A DNA stretch of 57,820 bases, taken from the NCBI GenBank assembly GCA_039030515.1, contig JBCCEA010000025.1:1-57820 (forward strand), in the 5' to 3' direction. A program made the position numbers and the translations under genes. Of the stretch, positions 19,301 through 28,328 are shown piece by piece (position 1 is the first letter of the stretch; each line of letters opens with the position of its first letter). Below the pieces are notes generated by a model. The model was given only the letters and a program-made list of their open reading frames with translations, was not told where the DNA came from and did not search any database. The DNA comes from Myxococcota bacterium. Lineage in GTDB: Bacteria > Myxococcota_A > Polyangia > Polyangiales > Houyiibacteriaceae.

Positions 19301-20774
19301 AGCAGCGGTAGGGATCGGCAACCCCGAGACCGAGGTATTGCTCTGGTGAGACAAACGGATCGTACCTCCCGACGCAGGTCCCGCCTTCATCTTCGGCTGA
19401 GCCGCAAAAGCAATAGTCTGTGGGATCGGCGGACTGACAACTAATTCGTATCGAGGCGTAGTCCGGAGCGGGCCGCCCCTGTATCGCCCGCACGCCCTGC
19501 ATGAAGGGCTCATTCCACGTGCCGACCACCATCATGGCGTCCTGAACCAGATATTCAGGAAATCCCGGGTTCAGCCAATAGTCGATGGTGCGCAGTTCTC
19601 GCTCGGCACGGGGCGTCGTACAGACACTGGCGGCTGCGTCGCAGTAGGAATCCGCAAACTGCATGCAATCGGCGTCGGTAGTGCAAGTTTCTTCAGTGAG
19701 CGCGTTACGATATAGATTGTGGCGTGGTGTGTAGAAGGTGAGAAAATCTGTCTCACCGTAATCCGGCGTCCAACCACCTTCACAAAGCCCCTCGGCAGAG
19801 CACGCTCCGCCGTCGCAATCTGCGTCAACGGTGCACGACTGGCCGAGTACGCTGCGGTCGAGTCCGCCTCGGGTGTAGGTGCGTCCATGCTGGCGAAAAA
19901 GACCAAAGCGATCGAACTCTTCGTGCGTTTGATTTGAAGATGCGAATTCATGCTCCGGCGGCACTCGAAGAAAGGCGTGGCGATGGGCCACCGCCAAGGA
20001 GACAAAGTTCACTTCCTCTTCCCAGATGGACTGGATGACAAAACTCATGTAGTGAACGATATCGCTTTGTTCCTCTGGCCATTCGTCCGCAAAACGATAG
20101 TTGGGGTCATCGCCTATTCGAACGAATTCCGGCTGCCACGACTCCGGAAAGTCCGAATGAGCTCCGTTTTCTTGAATCAAAAAAGCGCTGCTGGATTTTT
20201 TCCACTCGAGACCAGGAAAATAGAAGGAATCGATATGGTTTTGAGACCAGTCGACCCGCATGAACTCCCGCTCGTACCAGCGTCTATCAGAGGTGTTTTC
20301 TATGCGGACATTTCGAGATTCGCCGGTAACAGGGTTGTAGTCGCGCTGAATATCGACATGACTTTCTATCTGAAAGGCCGCAATCGGCTGCCCGAGAAAA
20401 TCTGAGTACTGACCGTTCTGATTGCCTCCATCCACCAACTCGTACGTGCGGTGGGCGTAGAGAAAGTCTTCGTCGATCACCCAGCGGATACGGGCGATAG
20501 TGCCCGACTCTCCCTTATCGACCCCTAAGTCGGCCCAGCCCATATCGCCTTCAAAGGTGCCGAGTATCGATGCCGCATCGAAGTCGACATCGATCGCCGT
20601 GATCGCGTACCACCATTCGCCTGCAAAAATCGACTTGTCGACCAAGTTCGTCTGTACCCTATCGACGGTATCTGCTTTTTGATTGCAGCCGGTCAAAGCC
20701 GATGAGACGAATATATGTACGCAAAGAGCAAACGCTCTAAGGAGAACCGAACGATTGGATCGTCTTCTCTGCAT
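16323..20774 (-). CDS. Large Cys-rich lipoprotein, metzincin-type Zn metalloprotease
   Basis: Lipobox LTGC, HEIGHSIGLRHNF zinc motif, a downstream SSAMDY Met-turn, and CxxDxDC repeats. Confidence 0.85.
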   Translation of the reverse strand: MQRRRSNRSVLLRAFALCVHIFVSSALTGCNQKADTVDRVQTNLVDKSIFAGEWWYAITAIDVDFDAASILGTFEGDMGWADLGVDKGESGTIARIRWVIDEDFLYAHRTYELVDGGNQNGQYSDFLGQPIAAFQIESHVDIQRDYNPVTGESRNVRIENTSDRRWYEREFMRVDWSQNHIDSFYFPGLEWKKSSSAFLIQENGAHSDFPESWQPEFVRIGDDPNYRFADEWPEEQSDIVHYMSFVIQSIWEEEVNFVSLAVAHRHAFLRVPPEHEFASSNQTHEEFDRFGLFRQHGRTYTRGGLDRSVLGQSCTVDADCDGGACSAEGLCEGGWTPDYGETDFLTFYTPRHNLYRNALTEETCTTDADCMQFADSYCDAAASVCTTPRAERELRTIDYWLNPGFPEYLVQDAMMVVGTWNEPFMQGVRAIQGRPAPDYASIRISCQSADPTDYCFCGSAEDEGGTCVGRYDPFVSPEQYLGLGVADPYRCSIESGPFIEPPNPVEYAQYAGAYAHRFTGSECRMRLHVNTCDRDPLGDCEELGDIRYQFFNLVPANFGFSGVASPLSDPTNGELITANANMSQISVEQAIETAVEYFPVLRGEPGAQERYLSGENLLGYFDRVGRTQHPVALAPTLSGNLSGGDFSDAAGDDSAFPSVPTGDQLAEAVRHKVDEVIDRVQTYQGPEGRAQLFTDRMSRLAGTHLEAQLVGSLGVDGLEAIHQHYDDPSLLPADTSATDDAVLDRVSPFRDNFLPSIFRERNEELDLGQQNWCFHGESLYRSAQWQYWADAFEGVAPAEASIRLQQWMMRQVMFHEIGHSIGLRHNFAASYDRNNYHDAYFNIARSHPLPILDDYDLPENGGNADGFVGGAEITNYYRGLRQVRDTRAALGIENTMSSSAMDYVFAGSMHLGRYDRAAALFSYFGLIEAFEGDPRYLFPDSLNGITQSDIFDRTLWTYYRGGERCQVDRDCPYGPDADSLIEQPLFQRCIQNPRTVEFPTPCEEESRGCICSAIFDDFNDYVGGFAFRPPGSEVDYYPVEYLFCTDERTHDISWCNRFDFGESFQETVENFRRDWEEAYPHEYFRRFRTDGARGFATQNAVIDAVKIYQHFYYRYIYEPEYRTNLGPLGFLDQVLASVDIMHWLIEIVNLPDTGSYVLDTDHNRWLQVSDALNAPDSDISLAPGTGYELWSSYQDGQNGWFRMEQAGTFFDKFFALYALAERNWNLDFTYDERLFINFYDFFGVEMSEFFGGLILDEPSWFAPRASIDTDGEPTVEHISVHRGLLLGECLSDENGSPEPCVGDTARRHPGPYLDGDRSQVMRSWAATLALAYFPVYYDTTYEQRLSIFRLGSGDGAAFPDTREDGTPICAYGDAVLDASHASNCNEQTADYAVFTSDRFGQSYVARVVRHRLSYNLPEEQTGFQFLRKMIDLQSQIRSLEGVVDRSPSEEAELVSLRSELRESESFVEYLIELQQTYGISSWF

Positions 20775-20780
20775 TACCCC

Positions 20781-23700
20781 TCAGAAAATGACGAAATCTG
20801 TGATTCCCAGATCGCGTTGATATTGAATTAGCTGATTGAAAAACGACTCTAAGTCACGCACCTGAATGTCGAACTCGTCGATATGGTCATCGACGACGTC
20901 GCTCGCGGGGAACACCGGAGCATCCGAGCCAAGCGCTCCAAAATCGACGAGCGTTTGAATCTCCTCCGGCGTGAGATTGGCGCTGTCGTAGCTGGCTCCG
21001 CCAAAGTCTCCGCGATAACGCCTGAGAAGTGAGAGCGCACGAGCCGAGTCTCTTGCTTGCTGCACCATCGCAAATCCGATGGAGACCTGAGGCGGCATGT
21101 TGGGCTCAGGATCCACGTTCCAGGAGATGAACGTAACGCCATATCGATGAGACACGTGGGTGACGTAGTCTTGTCCCTCTACAGCGGTGGCGCTGGGTGC
21201 CCGGCAATCACCCTGACCCAGTCGACAAACAAAGAGCTGATGTACAAAGGTGGTGTCTGCATACGTAGGCAGATAGGCCAGTGCATATTGCGTGGCGAGA
21301 TTTTGCAGATAGAGACTGTTGCCGCCTTCTACTATCGGCAAATCTGCATAGACTTCCTCTGGGTCGGGCCTGCAGGTCTCTTGCGTCGCGCAGTCACCGC
21401 GATAGAAGTCCATGTAGACTAGCGCTGGATTGGTGCAGGCGTTGCCTTCCAACGACTCGCAAGACACACGAGGCGCATAGGCACTAGGTTCATTTTGAAT
21501 GATTCCTCGGAATATCTGCTGAACCTCCGCCGGAAACAGGTCGTAGTAGTTGGTCCAAAACGCGACATCGCGCCCATAGTCTGGCGCAAGACCACGCATC
21601 GAAAGAAGCTGCAGCACTATGTTTTTATCGTTGATCGAGCCGATGCGTTCGACTCGATCGATACCCGTCAATCCGCTTTGGTATACGGTATAGAGATAGC
21701 GACCAAGACCGATTGGCACCTGCAGTTCCGCCCGAACATCGTCTGGATCTGAGTAAAGTCGCTCATAGCGATCACTTAGCTGGTTGTAGGCATACCCTCC
21801 CACCCTCGGCTCCGCGAGCACCCGGGCAAATTCATTGACGATATCTGCAGAAGCCATGAACTGATCATAAAAACCAAAAGCGCCTGTTTCATCTGCAAAG
21901 GAAGGGTCAGAAACATATCTGGCGAGCAGATTCTGGAAGATGCCGGTATAGATATCGTAGTTTCGCGAAAGCAGGGTTCCGATATACCCATTGACTGAAA
22001 AATCAGCCTGATAGCGACGGAAGTGGGTGAAGATATAGCGTCGATGCACATTTTCTGCGACGTTCCGAACGATTTCCCGATAGCTATCGCCTTCATCAAA
22101 ACGATGACACCAACCCAGAGTGCCGACTCGCTCATCGGTGCAAAACCGGTAGTCGATGGGAGCCCAGCGTGGACTCGTATTTTCAGCGGTTATCGCCTCG
22201 AGATCGTCATCAAAGTTTGAGCAGTAGCCCTGCACGTCGCCGAAAACGGAACTTGAAACGCAGGTTTGAATCAGCCCAATGTCGTGGTTGCTCGCGAGAA
22301 GCTCGGAGGCGTAGACGCCATCGCGGCTGTAGGGACATTCTACATCCGCTGCGCATGATTCTCCGCCGTTATAGTACCGTGCCATGACGCGTGGCGTGTT
22401 GACGGGGGTCATCGAATGTTCGGGGCGGCCTCCTATATTGTCGGCAACCTCCACCAAATCGCCGTAGCCGAACGCGATCGCAGCGCGATCGTAGTAGCCG
22501 ATCGACGAGTTGGTAGTCTGGTACCACTGGGCCGTGTACTCCATCGCCGAACTGTTCATCGCAACGTCGATGCCGGCGATCTCCCGAGAACGCTTGCGCA
22601 TCTCGTATGCCGCATTGAATTCCTGTTGCTCCTGGGCGCTCAGTCCAGCGATGCCGTCTGAATCGTAGTCGCTCGGGTTCGGAATAGGGAGCGCCTCGTG
22701 GATATGGTAGTAGTCGTCATCGTAGTTTTGAGTATCGGCACTACCTCCAAACATGTGACGCAATCCCAAACAGTGACCCATTTCATGCGCTTGGGTGTAG
22801 AAATAGAGCAGTCGATTGACGCCAAACTCGAGGCGCGCACGTGGCCAGTCGGCATGATCCTCTACAAAGCCCAATACTGCCCAATCGGTAAACTCGTTGG
22901 GCATCAACACGTTCGCCTTTCCAAGGCGGGTTTCTAGCTCGTGTTGCTCCGCAATCCGATCGTAGATATCGGACCGCAGTGGAGATACCTTCTCAAGCAG
23001 CGCATCATTGAGGTCCAGCGCAGTAGCACCGCTAGGCACGCTTTTTACGCCGGCAAGGGTCAGCATCTCTAGGTTGTCGATGAATCGATATTCCGCATCC
23101 GTGCCAACCAGGTTTTGCATGCGATCCTGAAAGGTTTGCGAGCGCCCATCGGGCCCCTCAAGTGACTGGGCTCGACCGACAAAAGCGGCCATACGCTGAT
23201 CGATCGCGTCGCGGGTCGCGGCATCTGTTTGAGTGCCGGCGTGCATGGCCACACTGAAGTCTATTTGAGGCGAAATGGGCGGCTGAACGCGATCGGTCGC
23301 GGCGAGAAAACTGCGAATGTCTTCTCCTACGCGAAACTCAGCGTCTTCCACATCTCCTTGCATGAGATCGTACATTTGAAGTGCAAAGGTACGAAGCGTG
23401 TCGAGGGCTGGGCCGCTGATGTTCGCATCTCCGGCCACGATTTCACCAGTCACGGGATCGCTTCGTAAGGTCGCAACTCCCAAAAACTCGGTTCCAGGCT
23501 GGTCGACATAACTCAGGAACTTGAAGCGCATATCGCCCCGCTCCTGGCAATCCAGCTCGGAGGCGGTAGCGGTCTCTAGGCTTGCGCGATTGCAGGTATT
23601 GATGCGAAGAAGATTCACGCATTCCGTGCCCACCATCGAGGCCCCAAACCAAGGGTAGAAATCTCGATCCGAAAGACCGCGGTCATCGAGATCTGGCTCT

Positions 23701-25205
23701 GCGCCATCCGCTCCGTTGACGTAACAGTCGTAGGGCTCGCCAGATACGATTCGCGTTTCAGCGGCTTCTGGGCTCTCAAACGGATCATAGCGGCCGGGGC
23801 AAGTTGGATTGAGCGGTTCTGCACTGGGGTTGTCTTCTACGAGCTCGGGGTTTTGGATACAAAAGCAATAGCCGTCGGGATCGGAGGTCTGACAGGGTAC
23901 GTCCGCGTATTGCGGCGGAGCTTCATTGCGCAGCTGGCGAACCGTGCGCATGAGCACCTGATTCCAATCGCTTACGACTTCGAAACTCGGCCTGACCAGG
24001 TGCGCGGGCAGCTCGGACGTGGTGTACCAGACGATGGGCCGTACCTGTCTTTGCGCGTAGGGCAGTCGCATGGCGCGGCCTCTCGAATCGCGCTCGATAG
24101 CCCCTTTGGAATCGCGTCTAAAGTGCTGCCGCCATATATTATGGCGATTGATGCTGTAGTTGAGAAAATCCGTGCTGCCGAAGCTCGGGTCGGTGGGCGT
24201 TTCCGAGCGATCGTAGGTGGGCCGCTCAAGTCGAAAGTACCCGTGTCGATCGAAGCGACTGTCGACCCAGTTTGTGGACTCGTAGTCCCGCTGATCAGAC
24301 ACCTTGAGGAAACTGTGCCGGGTATAGGCGGCCATCGTCGTGCATAGGGGCGCATCTGAATAGGCCGAGGCACACCACTGCACCTGCTGCGTGTCGTCAA
24401 ACGGGTCCGGCACCATTCCCGGTGCGAGCAGATCCTGAGTCACAAAGCTGAAGTGGTAAAACTCCCCGGGATCGTAGTCACCGGCCAGATCACGTTCCTG
24501 CGGAGTGCATTCGGTCGAATCGTCTTCGAGTCCTGTGCACTGCATGAAATCAAAGCTGGGCTGCCATGAATCGGGAAATATGGACTGCTCTTGAATAAAG
24601 AGACTTGCGGCAGACCGGACAAAGAAACCGAACACCTCATAGAGATCGTGCGTCTGCCCGTAAAAGCGAGGCAGATGGTTGGTCGACCAGTCCACCCGCA
24701 TGTATTGCCGTTCGTACCAGTCCCTATCGGAGCTGTTTTCGACGATCACGTTGGCTCGCTCGCCCGTGCTGGGGTTGTAGTCACGGCGGATATCAAAATG
24801 AGACTCGATTTCGTATGCCGCTACCGGATGACCCAGGTATTCTTCGGCGCTCTCGGCGGTACCGTCCCCACCTTCGACAAGCGCATAGTCTCGATAGGCG
24901 TAGAGCATGTCTTCATCGATCACCCATCGGATGCGCGGCAGTGAGGTTAGATCGCCGGTCCCGAAATCGATGGCGGAGTCACCCGGATAGGTCCCCAAGT
25001 CGCCACCCTCGTAGTCGACATCGATCACAACACTCGAGTAGTACCAAGAACCCTGAAACAGCCCTTTGTCTACCGCATTGACCCCGACTTGATTGATCGG
25101 ATTCTGCTCTTCGGCGCAGCCCACCAGGCTGAGAAAGAGCATTCCCGCAGCGATACACTCTATCCTAAGCAAAGCAGAGTTTATTTTAGGCAAATCTGAC
25201 TCCAC
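20781..25205 (-). CDS. Large Cys-rich lipoprotein, metzincin-type Zn metalloprotease (paralogue of the downstream gene)
   Basis: Lipobox LVGC, HEMGHCLGLRHMF and SSAMEY. Shares RIRWVIDED, MRVDWS, FCTDER and WCxRFD blocks with 16323..20774. Start taken as GTG 25205; the ORF is open to 25523. Confidence 0.85.
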   Translation of the reverse strand: MESDLPKINSALLRIECIAAGMLFLSLVGCAEEQNPINQVGVNAVDKGLFQGSWYYSSVVIDVDYEGGDLGTYPGDSAIDFGTGDLTSLPRIRWVIDEDMLYAYRDYALVEGGDGTAESAEEYLGHPVAAYEIESHFDIRRDYNPSTGERANVIVENSSDRDWYERQYMRVDWSTNHLPRFYGQTHDLYEVFGFFVRSAASLFIQEQSIFPDSWQPSFDFMQCTGLEDDSTECTPQERDLAGDYDPGEFYHFSFVTQDLLAPGMVPDPFDDTQQVQWCASAYSDAPLCTTMAAYTRHSFLKVSDQRDYESTNWVDSRFDRHGYFRLERPTYDRSETPTDPSFGSTDFLNYSINRHNIWRQHFRRDSKGAIERDSRGRAMRLPYAQRQVRPIVWYTTSELPAHLVRPSFEVVSDWNQVLMRTVRQLRNEAPPQYADVPCQTSDPDGYCFCIQNPELVEDNPSAEPLNPTCPGRYDPFESPEAAETRIVSGEPYDCYVNGADGAEPDLDDRGLSDRDFYPWFGASMVGTECVNLLRINTCNRASLETATASELDCQERGDMRFKFLSYVDQPGTEFLGVATLRSDPVTGEIVAGDANISGPALDTLRTFALQMYDLMQGDVEDAEFRVGEDIRSFLAATDRVQPPISPQIDFSVAMHAGTQTDAATRDAIDQRMAAFVGRAQSLEGPDGRSQTFQDRMQNLVGTDAEYRFIDNLEMLTLAGVKSVPSGATALDLNDALLEKVSPLRSDIYDRIAEQHELETRLGKANVLMPNEFTDWAVLGFVEDHADWPRARLEFGVNRLLYFYTQAHEMGHCLGLRHMFGGSADTQNYDDDYYHIHEALPIPNPSDYDSDGIAGLSAQEQQEFNAAYEMRKRSREIAGIDVAMNSSAMEYTAQWYQTTNSSIGYYDRAAIAFGYGDLVEVADNIGGRPEHSMTPVNTPRVMARYYNGGESCAADVECPYSRDGVYASELLASNHDIGLIQTCVSSSVFGDVQGYCSNFDDDLEAITAENTSPRWAPIDYRFCTDERVGTLGWCHRFDEGDSYREIVRNVAENVHRRYIFTHFRRYQADFSVNGYIGTLLSRNYDIYTGIFQNLLARYVSDPSFADETGAFGFYDQFMASADIVNEFARVLAEPRVGGYAYNQLSDRYERLYSDPDDVRAELQVPIGLGRYLYTVYQSGLTGIDRVERIGSINDKNIVLQLLSMRGLAPDYGRDVAFWTNYYDLFPAEVQQIFRGIIQNEPSAYAPRVSCESLEGNACTNPALVYMDFYRGDCATQETCRPDPEEVYADLPIVEGGNSLYLQNLATQYALAYLPTYADTTFVHQLFVCRLGQGDCRAPSATAVEGQDYVTHVSHRYGVTFISWNVDPEPNMPPQVSIGFAMVQQARDSARALSLLRRYRGDFGGASYDSANLTPEEIQTLVDFGALGSDAPVFPASDVVDDHIDEFDIQVRDLESFFNQLIQYQRDLGITDFVIF

Positions 25206-25389
25206 TTCAAACCGCCTTTTTCGTCCAAATATGGGGATGGCGGAGCGTCTCTCAGTCGCATCGATCCACGAGTAGCGCCCACCTCGGCTCTTCGACATGC
25301 CTTGAGCCCGGTCCATATTGCACTGCGATGCCTGTGGGTCAGAGCGCGGTATTTGCAGAGCAAGGCACTGGGTATGCTTTGGACGTACA

Positions 25390-26469
25390 TTATATCGCTC
25401 CTGTGGACTGAGGACCGGCTTCAAGCGGATGCACGGTCGACGGGCTAGCGCTTGCGACGGCGTTTGCGTTGGTATTTCTGCTGCCCTCCCCCTCTTGTCC
25501 ACGTACATGCATGTAGAGACCATCTGCCGACACGCTAAAGGTCAGTGTGAAGAACGTCTCTTCGTTGAAAATAGGATTATTCCTGCTTCCATCGGTATCG
25601 AACTCGCTTGCGAGTGTGGTCATATTGACTGCAGCAGTCAGATATCCATTGATCGCATAGGACGCACCGACATTGAAGGTGGTGAAAAAGCGCGTGTAGC
25701 GAACGCTATCGAGCTCTACCGGCGCCCCGAGAATACCGTCTTTTGCACCAAGCGTGATAGATCCTAGTGGATGGGTAAAACTCCAGAAGGCGAAGAACAT
25801 CGCGTTAAGGCTCAACCGCGGTAGCGGACTCAAGTTGATCATCATACCGGCGACTACATTGTCTCGCGCGGTTCCAAACCCACCGCGGCAGTCGGGCCGA
25901 TTCGAGGGACAGGCCTGCTGTTCGAATCCTTCGGTGGGTACGTTTGAGCCGGCAACCCAACGATCGTAAATCGCAACTCCGGTGAGTGATAGACCACGGA
26001 GTACGTCGAAGGCACGCGATACCGACAACTGACCCCCGGCGCTGAAATAGCGCTTGGCGCTGCGACTTGTTCGTGAAGTCGGTAGGTTCACTCGAAACGC
26101 CGGCGATACTCGAAAACCTGCAAAGCTCGGGATACCGTCATAGAAGGCGCGAAGACGGGTATCGTAAAACCAGATTTCGTTTTCGGTCGTGCGCACATCG
26201 CTGTCGGTAACCTCGGTATCCATGATCGCCCGCGCATCGAATCTCCAGGGATGCTCCGGGAGTCGGTACCCGAGTACGCTGGTGAATGAAAGGATGTAGG
26301 TCGGGTTGTAGGTGAGGAGCCTTGAATCAGGAGCGAGGGTGTAGGCGCTAAAGATTTGATCGATATTGAGCAGTGCAGACCAGTTGGGCTTGGGTTCTTT
26401 CTGCCGTTGCAATGAAACTTCAGGTTCCTGCGCGCGGGTCGATCCAGACGGCTGCAAGAACACCGCCAT
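25390..26469 (-). CDS. Exported protein, probable outer-membrane beta-barrel
   Basis: Hydrophobic leader ending TRA-QE and many amphipathic beta-strands with aromatic residues (FTSVLGYRL, GGQLSVSRAF, FNVGASYAI). Start uncertain; the ORF is open to 26664. Confidence 0.55.
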   Translation of the reverse strand: MAVFLQPSGSTRAQEPEVSLQRQKEPKPNWSALLNIDQIFSAYTLAPDSRLLTYNPTYILSFTSVLGYRLPEHPWRFDARAIMDTEVTDSDVRTTENEIWFYDTRLRAFYDGIPSFAGFRVSPAFRVNLPTSRTSRSAKRYFSAGGQLSVSRAFDVLRGLSLTGVAIYDRWVAGSNVPTEGFEQQACPSNRPDCRGGFGTARDNVVAGMMINLSPLPRLSLNAMFFAFWSFTHPLGSITLGAKDGILGAPVELDSVRYTRFFTTFNVGASYAINGYLTAAVNMTTLASEFDTDGSRNNPIFNEETFFTLTFSVSADGLYMHVRGQEGEGSRNTNANAVASASPSTVHPLEAGPQSTGAI

Positions 26470-26736
26470 GACCAAACACCAAGCGATAGCGGTCTTCGAG
26501 CGGATCGAGATGCAGCGTGAAGCATACGGGCCGACTGAAGTGCGACGCGTCGCTTTTGCCCTATGGATTGGGGCTCGGTTTCCTTGCCAACGCGCTCTGA
26601 ATGCGTTGCAATCGATCCATCCTTTGGTTCGACGTTCAGTTTGAACGGATTCTCGGTCCCACAACCTGGCGTCTCCCGATCGATCGGCCGCTACCTGAGT
26701 TCCTGGCCTCGGCTCCCCCGCACACCGGATGGTAAC

Positions 26737-27207
26737 ATGAGTTCAAAACTAAAACGCTATGACGGTTCACAGCATGAAGGCCCCGCGAACACTTCTCCGT
26801 ACCCCGTGAGTCGGCTGGCACCGGCGCACGACCTGGTGGACTTAGCGAGCGAGGTACAACACGCGACCGAGACGCTCCAGCACCACACGGCAGCGAGCTT
26901 GAGGCAGATCGCCTCGCAGATGAGGTTTCTGCAGGCGCAGGCACGTCAGATTCTCGAGGAAAGCGCTCGGCATACCGAGCTCCACCGCGCAAGGGCCTCC
27001 TTCGAAAAGCATACGGGTCAGATTTATCATCTCTATGAGTCCGGCTCAGGTCTCTACTGGTCGATACTTTCACCGGCAGAATGGGGTACTCCTCCGCATC
27101 CTTTTCGCGGGTCGTACAGGTTAGAGGCAGACCATACGTTCACTCGAGCTGAGGACTTGGAGCAGCGAGATATGGAGGACAAAGAGCTCTTCAAACTGCT
27201 GTCCTAA
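26737..27207 (+). CDS. DUF2452-family protein
   Basis: SPYPVSRLAP..DLVDLA, L.QIA.QMRFLQ.QA, GQIYHLY and SILSPAEWG motifs. Confidence 0.75.
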   Translation: MSSKLKRYDGSQHEGPANTSPYPVSRLAPAHDLVDLASEVQHATETLQHHTAASLRQIASQMRFLQAQARQILEESARHTELHRARASFEKHTGQIYHLYESGSGLYWSILSPAEWGTPPHPFRGSYRLEADHTFTRAEDLEQRDMEDKELFKLLS

Positions 27208-27301
27208 ACCTCAGCCAGCTCGCGGCAGCGTACCGAAAGCGGTGTGACGTAACTCGGCATTCTCCCGTAAGGCTGGAGGATACCGACAACGCAACGTGTT
27301 C

Positions 27302-28030
27302 TTATCCTACTTTCTCGCAATTCACCGCCCCATTCTCAAGCACTGCAGCGAGTACTTTGCCGTCGGGTCTCCATGCCATGCTGATGATACTACTCGAAAG
27401 CCTTGGCATCGTCTGGCGTGTCCAAGACTCCGTCTTCCAGATGCAGACGTCTTTGTTTTTGCACCCGACAGCAAGTATTTTGCCGTTGGGGCTCCACGCC
27501 ATTGTAGTCACACTGCTCGAATGAGTCAGGATTCCGATGGTTACGCCGGTGTGCGCTCTCCAGATCGTCACCTGGTGCTCGTACTCAGACCCCGTGGCGA
27601 GTAGGTTGCCGTCTGGACTCCATTCCATCACAGGTACGGTGCACGCATGCCTTAGTCGGATAGAGAGTGTGTTGGTATCGAGGTTTCGGACCTCCACGTA
27701 GTGGCTACCCGTTGGCTCGTCGTTGTACCGAATGGCGATGAGCGGCTTTGTTGGATTCCACGCGACCACACTCGCCACGGGTCCGGGGTGCTGGATCGGA
27801 TTGCTCGGTGTCGATTGAATAGGGCCTTTGGGCTTGAAATCCGGAGAATATCTTGGGACCAGCGCAGCCGCAAGCGTATGGCCAGGGGGCCCGGCGGTTG
27901 GGGGTGAACCAGGTGGATTGGAGCCGTGACCGTTGGATGGGGTTTCGAACAGTTTAACTGCGGCTGAAGGAGGTAGCCTACCGCCAGGGGGCCCGGGTGT
28001 TGCGGCTGAAGGAGGTAGTGGACGGCTCAT
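27302..28030 (-). CDS. Pro-rich N-terminus followed by about four WD40 repeats
   Basis: LPPSAA x2 and a PPG-rich first ~80 aa, then VAWNPTKPLIA, MEWSPDGNLLATGS, MAWSPNGKILAVG and MAWRPDGKVLAA. Confidence 0.8.
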   Translation of the reverse strand: MSRPLPPSAATPGPPGGRLPPSAAVKLFETPSNGHGSNPPGSPPTAGPPGHTLAAALVPRYSPDFKPKGPIQSTPSNPIQHPGPVASVVAWNPTKPLIAIRYNDEPTGSHYVEVRNLDTNTLSIRLRHACTVPVMEWSPDGNLLATGSEYEHQVTIWRAHTGVTIGILTHSSSVTTMAWSPNGKILAVGCKNKDVCIWKTESWTRQTMPRLSSSIISMAWRPDGKVLAAVLENGAVNCEKVG

Positions 28031-28328
28031 AGATGACCTCTGTTTCTATTTCTCGAGTGCAGCACCAAGCTCTGAAGACTCCCCTGCCGCTCCTGCGTTG
28101 GGGAGGATGCGCACCGTCACGCTCGGCCTGAATCCGATTCGACGTGACCTGTGTCGCGGGTGTCCTGTGGCTGGGTGCGCCAGCGTACCTGAAGTATCGG
28201 TAGCCACAACCGGACCGCACCCTACTGCCGCTGCTGCATCGAACCTTCTCTCCACACGCCGCCCGCAGAGAACACACCGCCCGCAGAGAACCGGTCTGCG
28301 CGCATACCCTATCTGATACACTGCAGCG

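Noticed and set aside
25206..25523. 106-aa N-terminal extension of the 1580-aa ORF
   Set aside because: It overlaps the upstream gene and would put the lipobox too far from the start. A later start fits the paralogue better.
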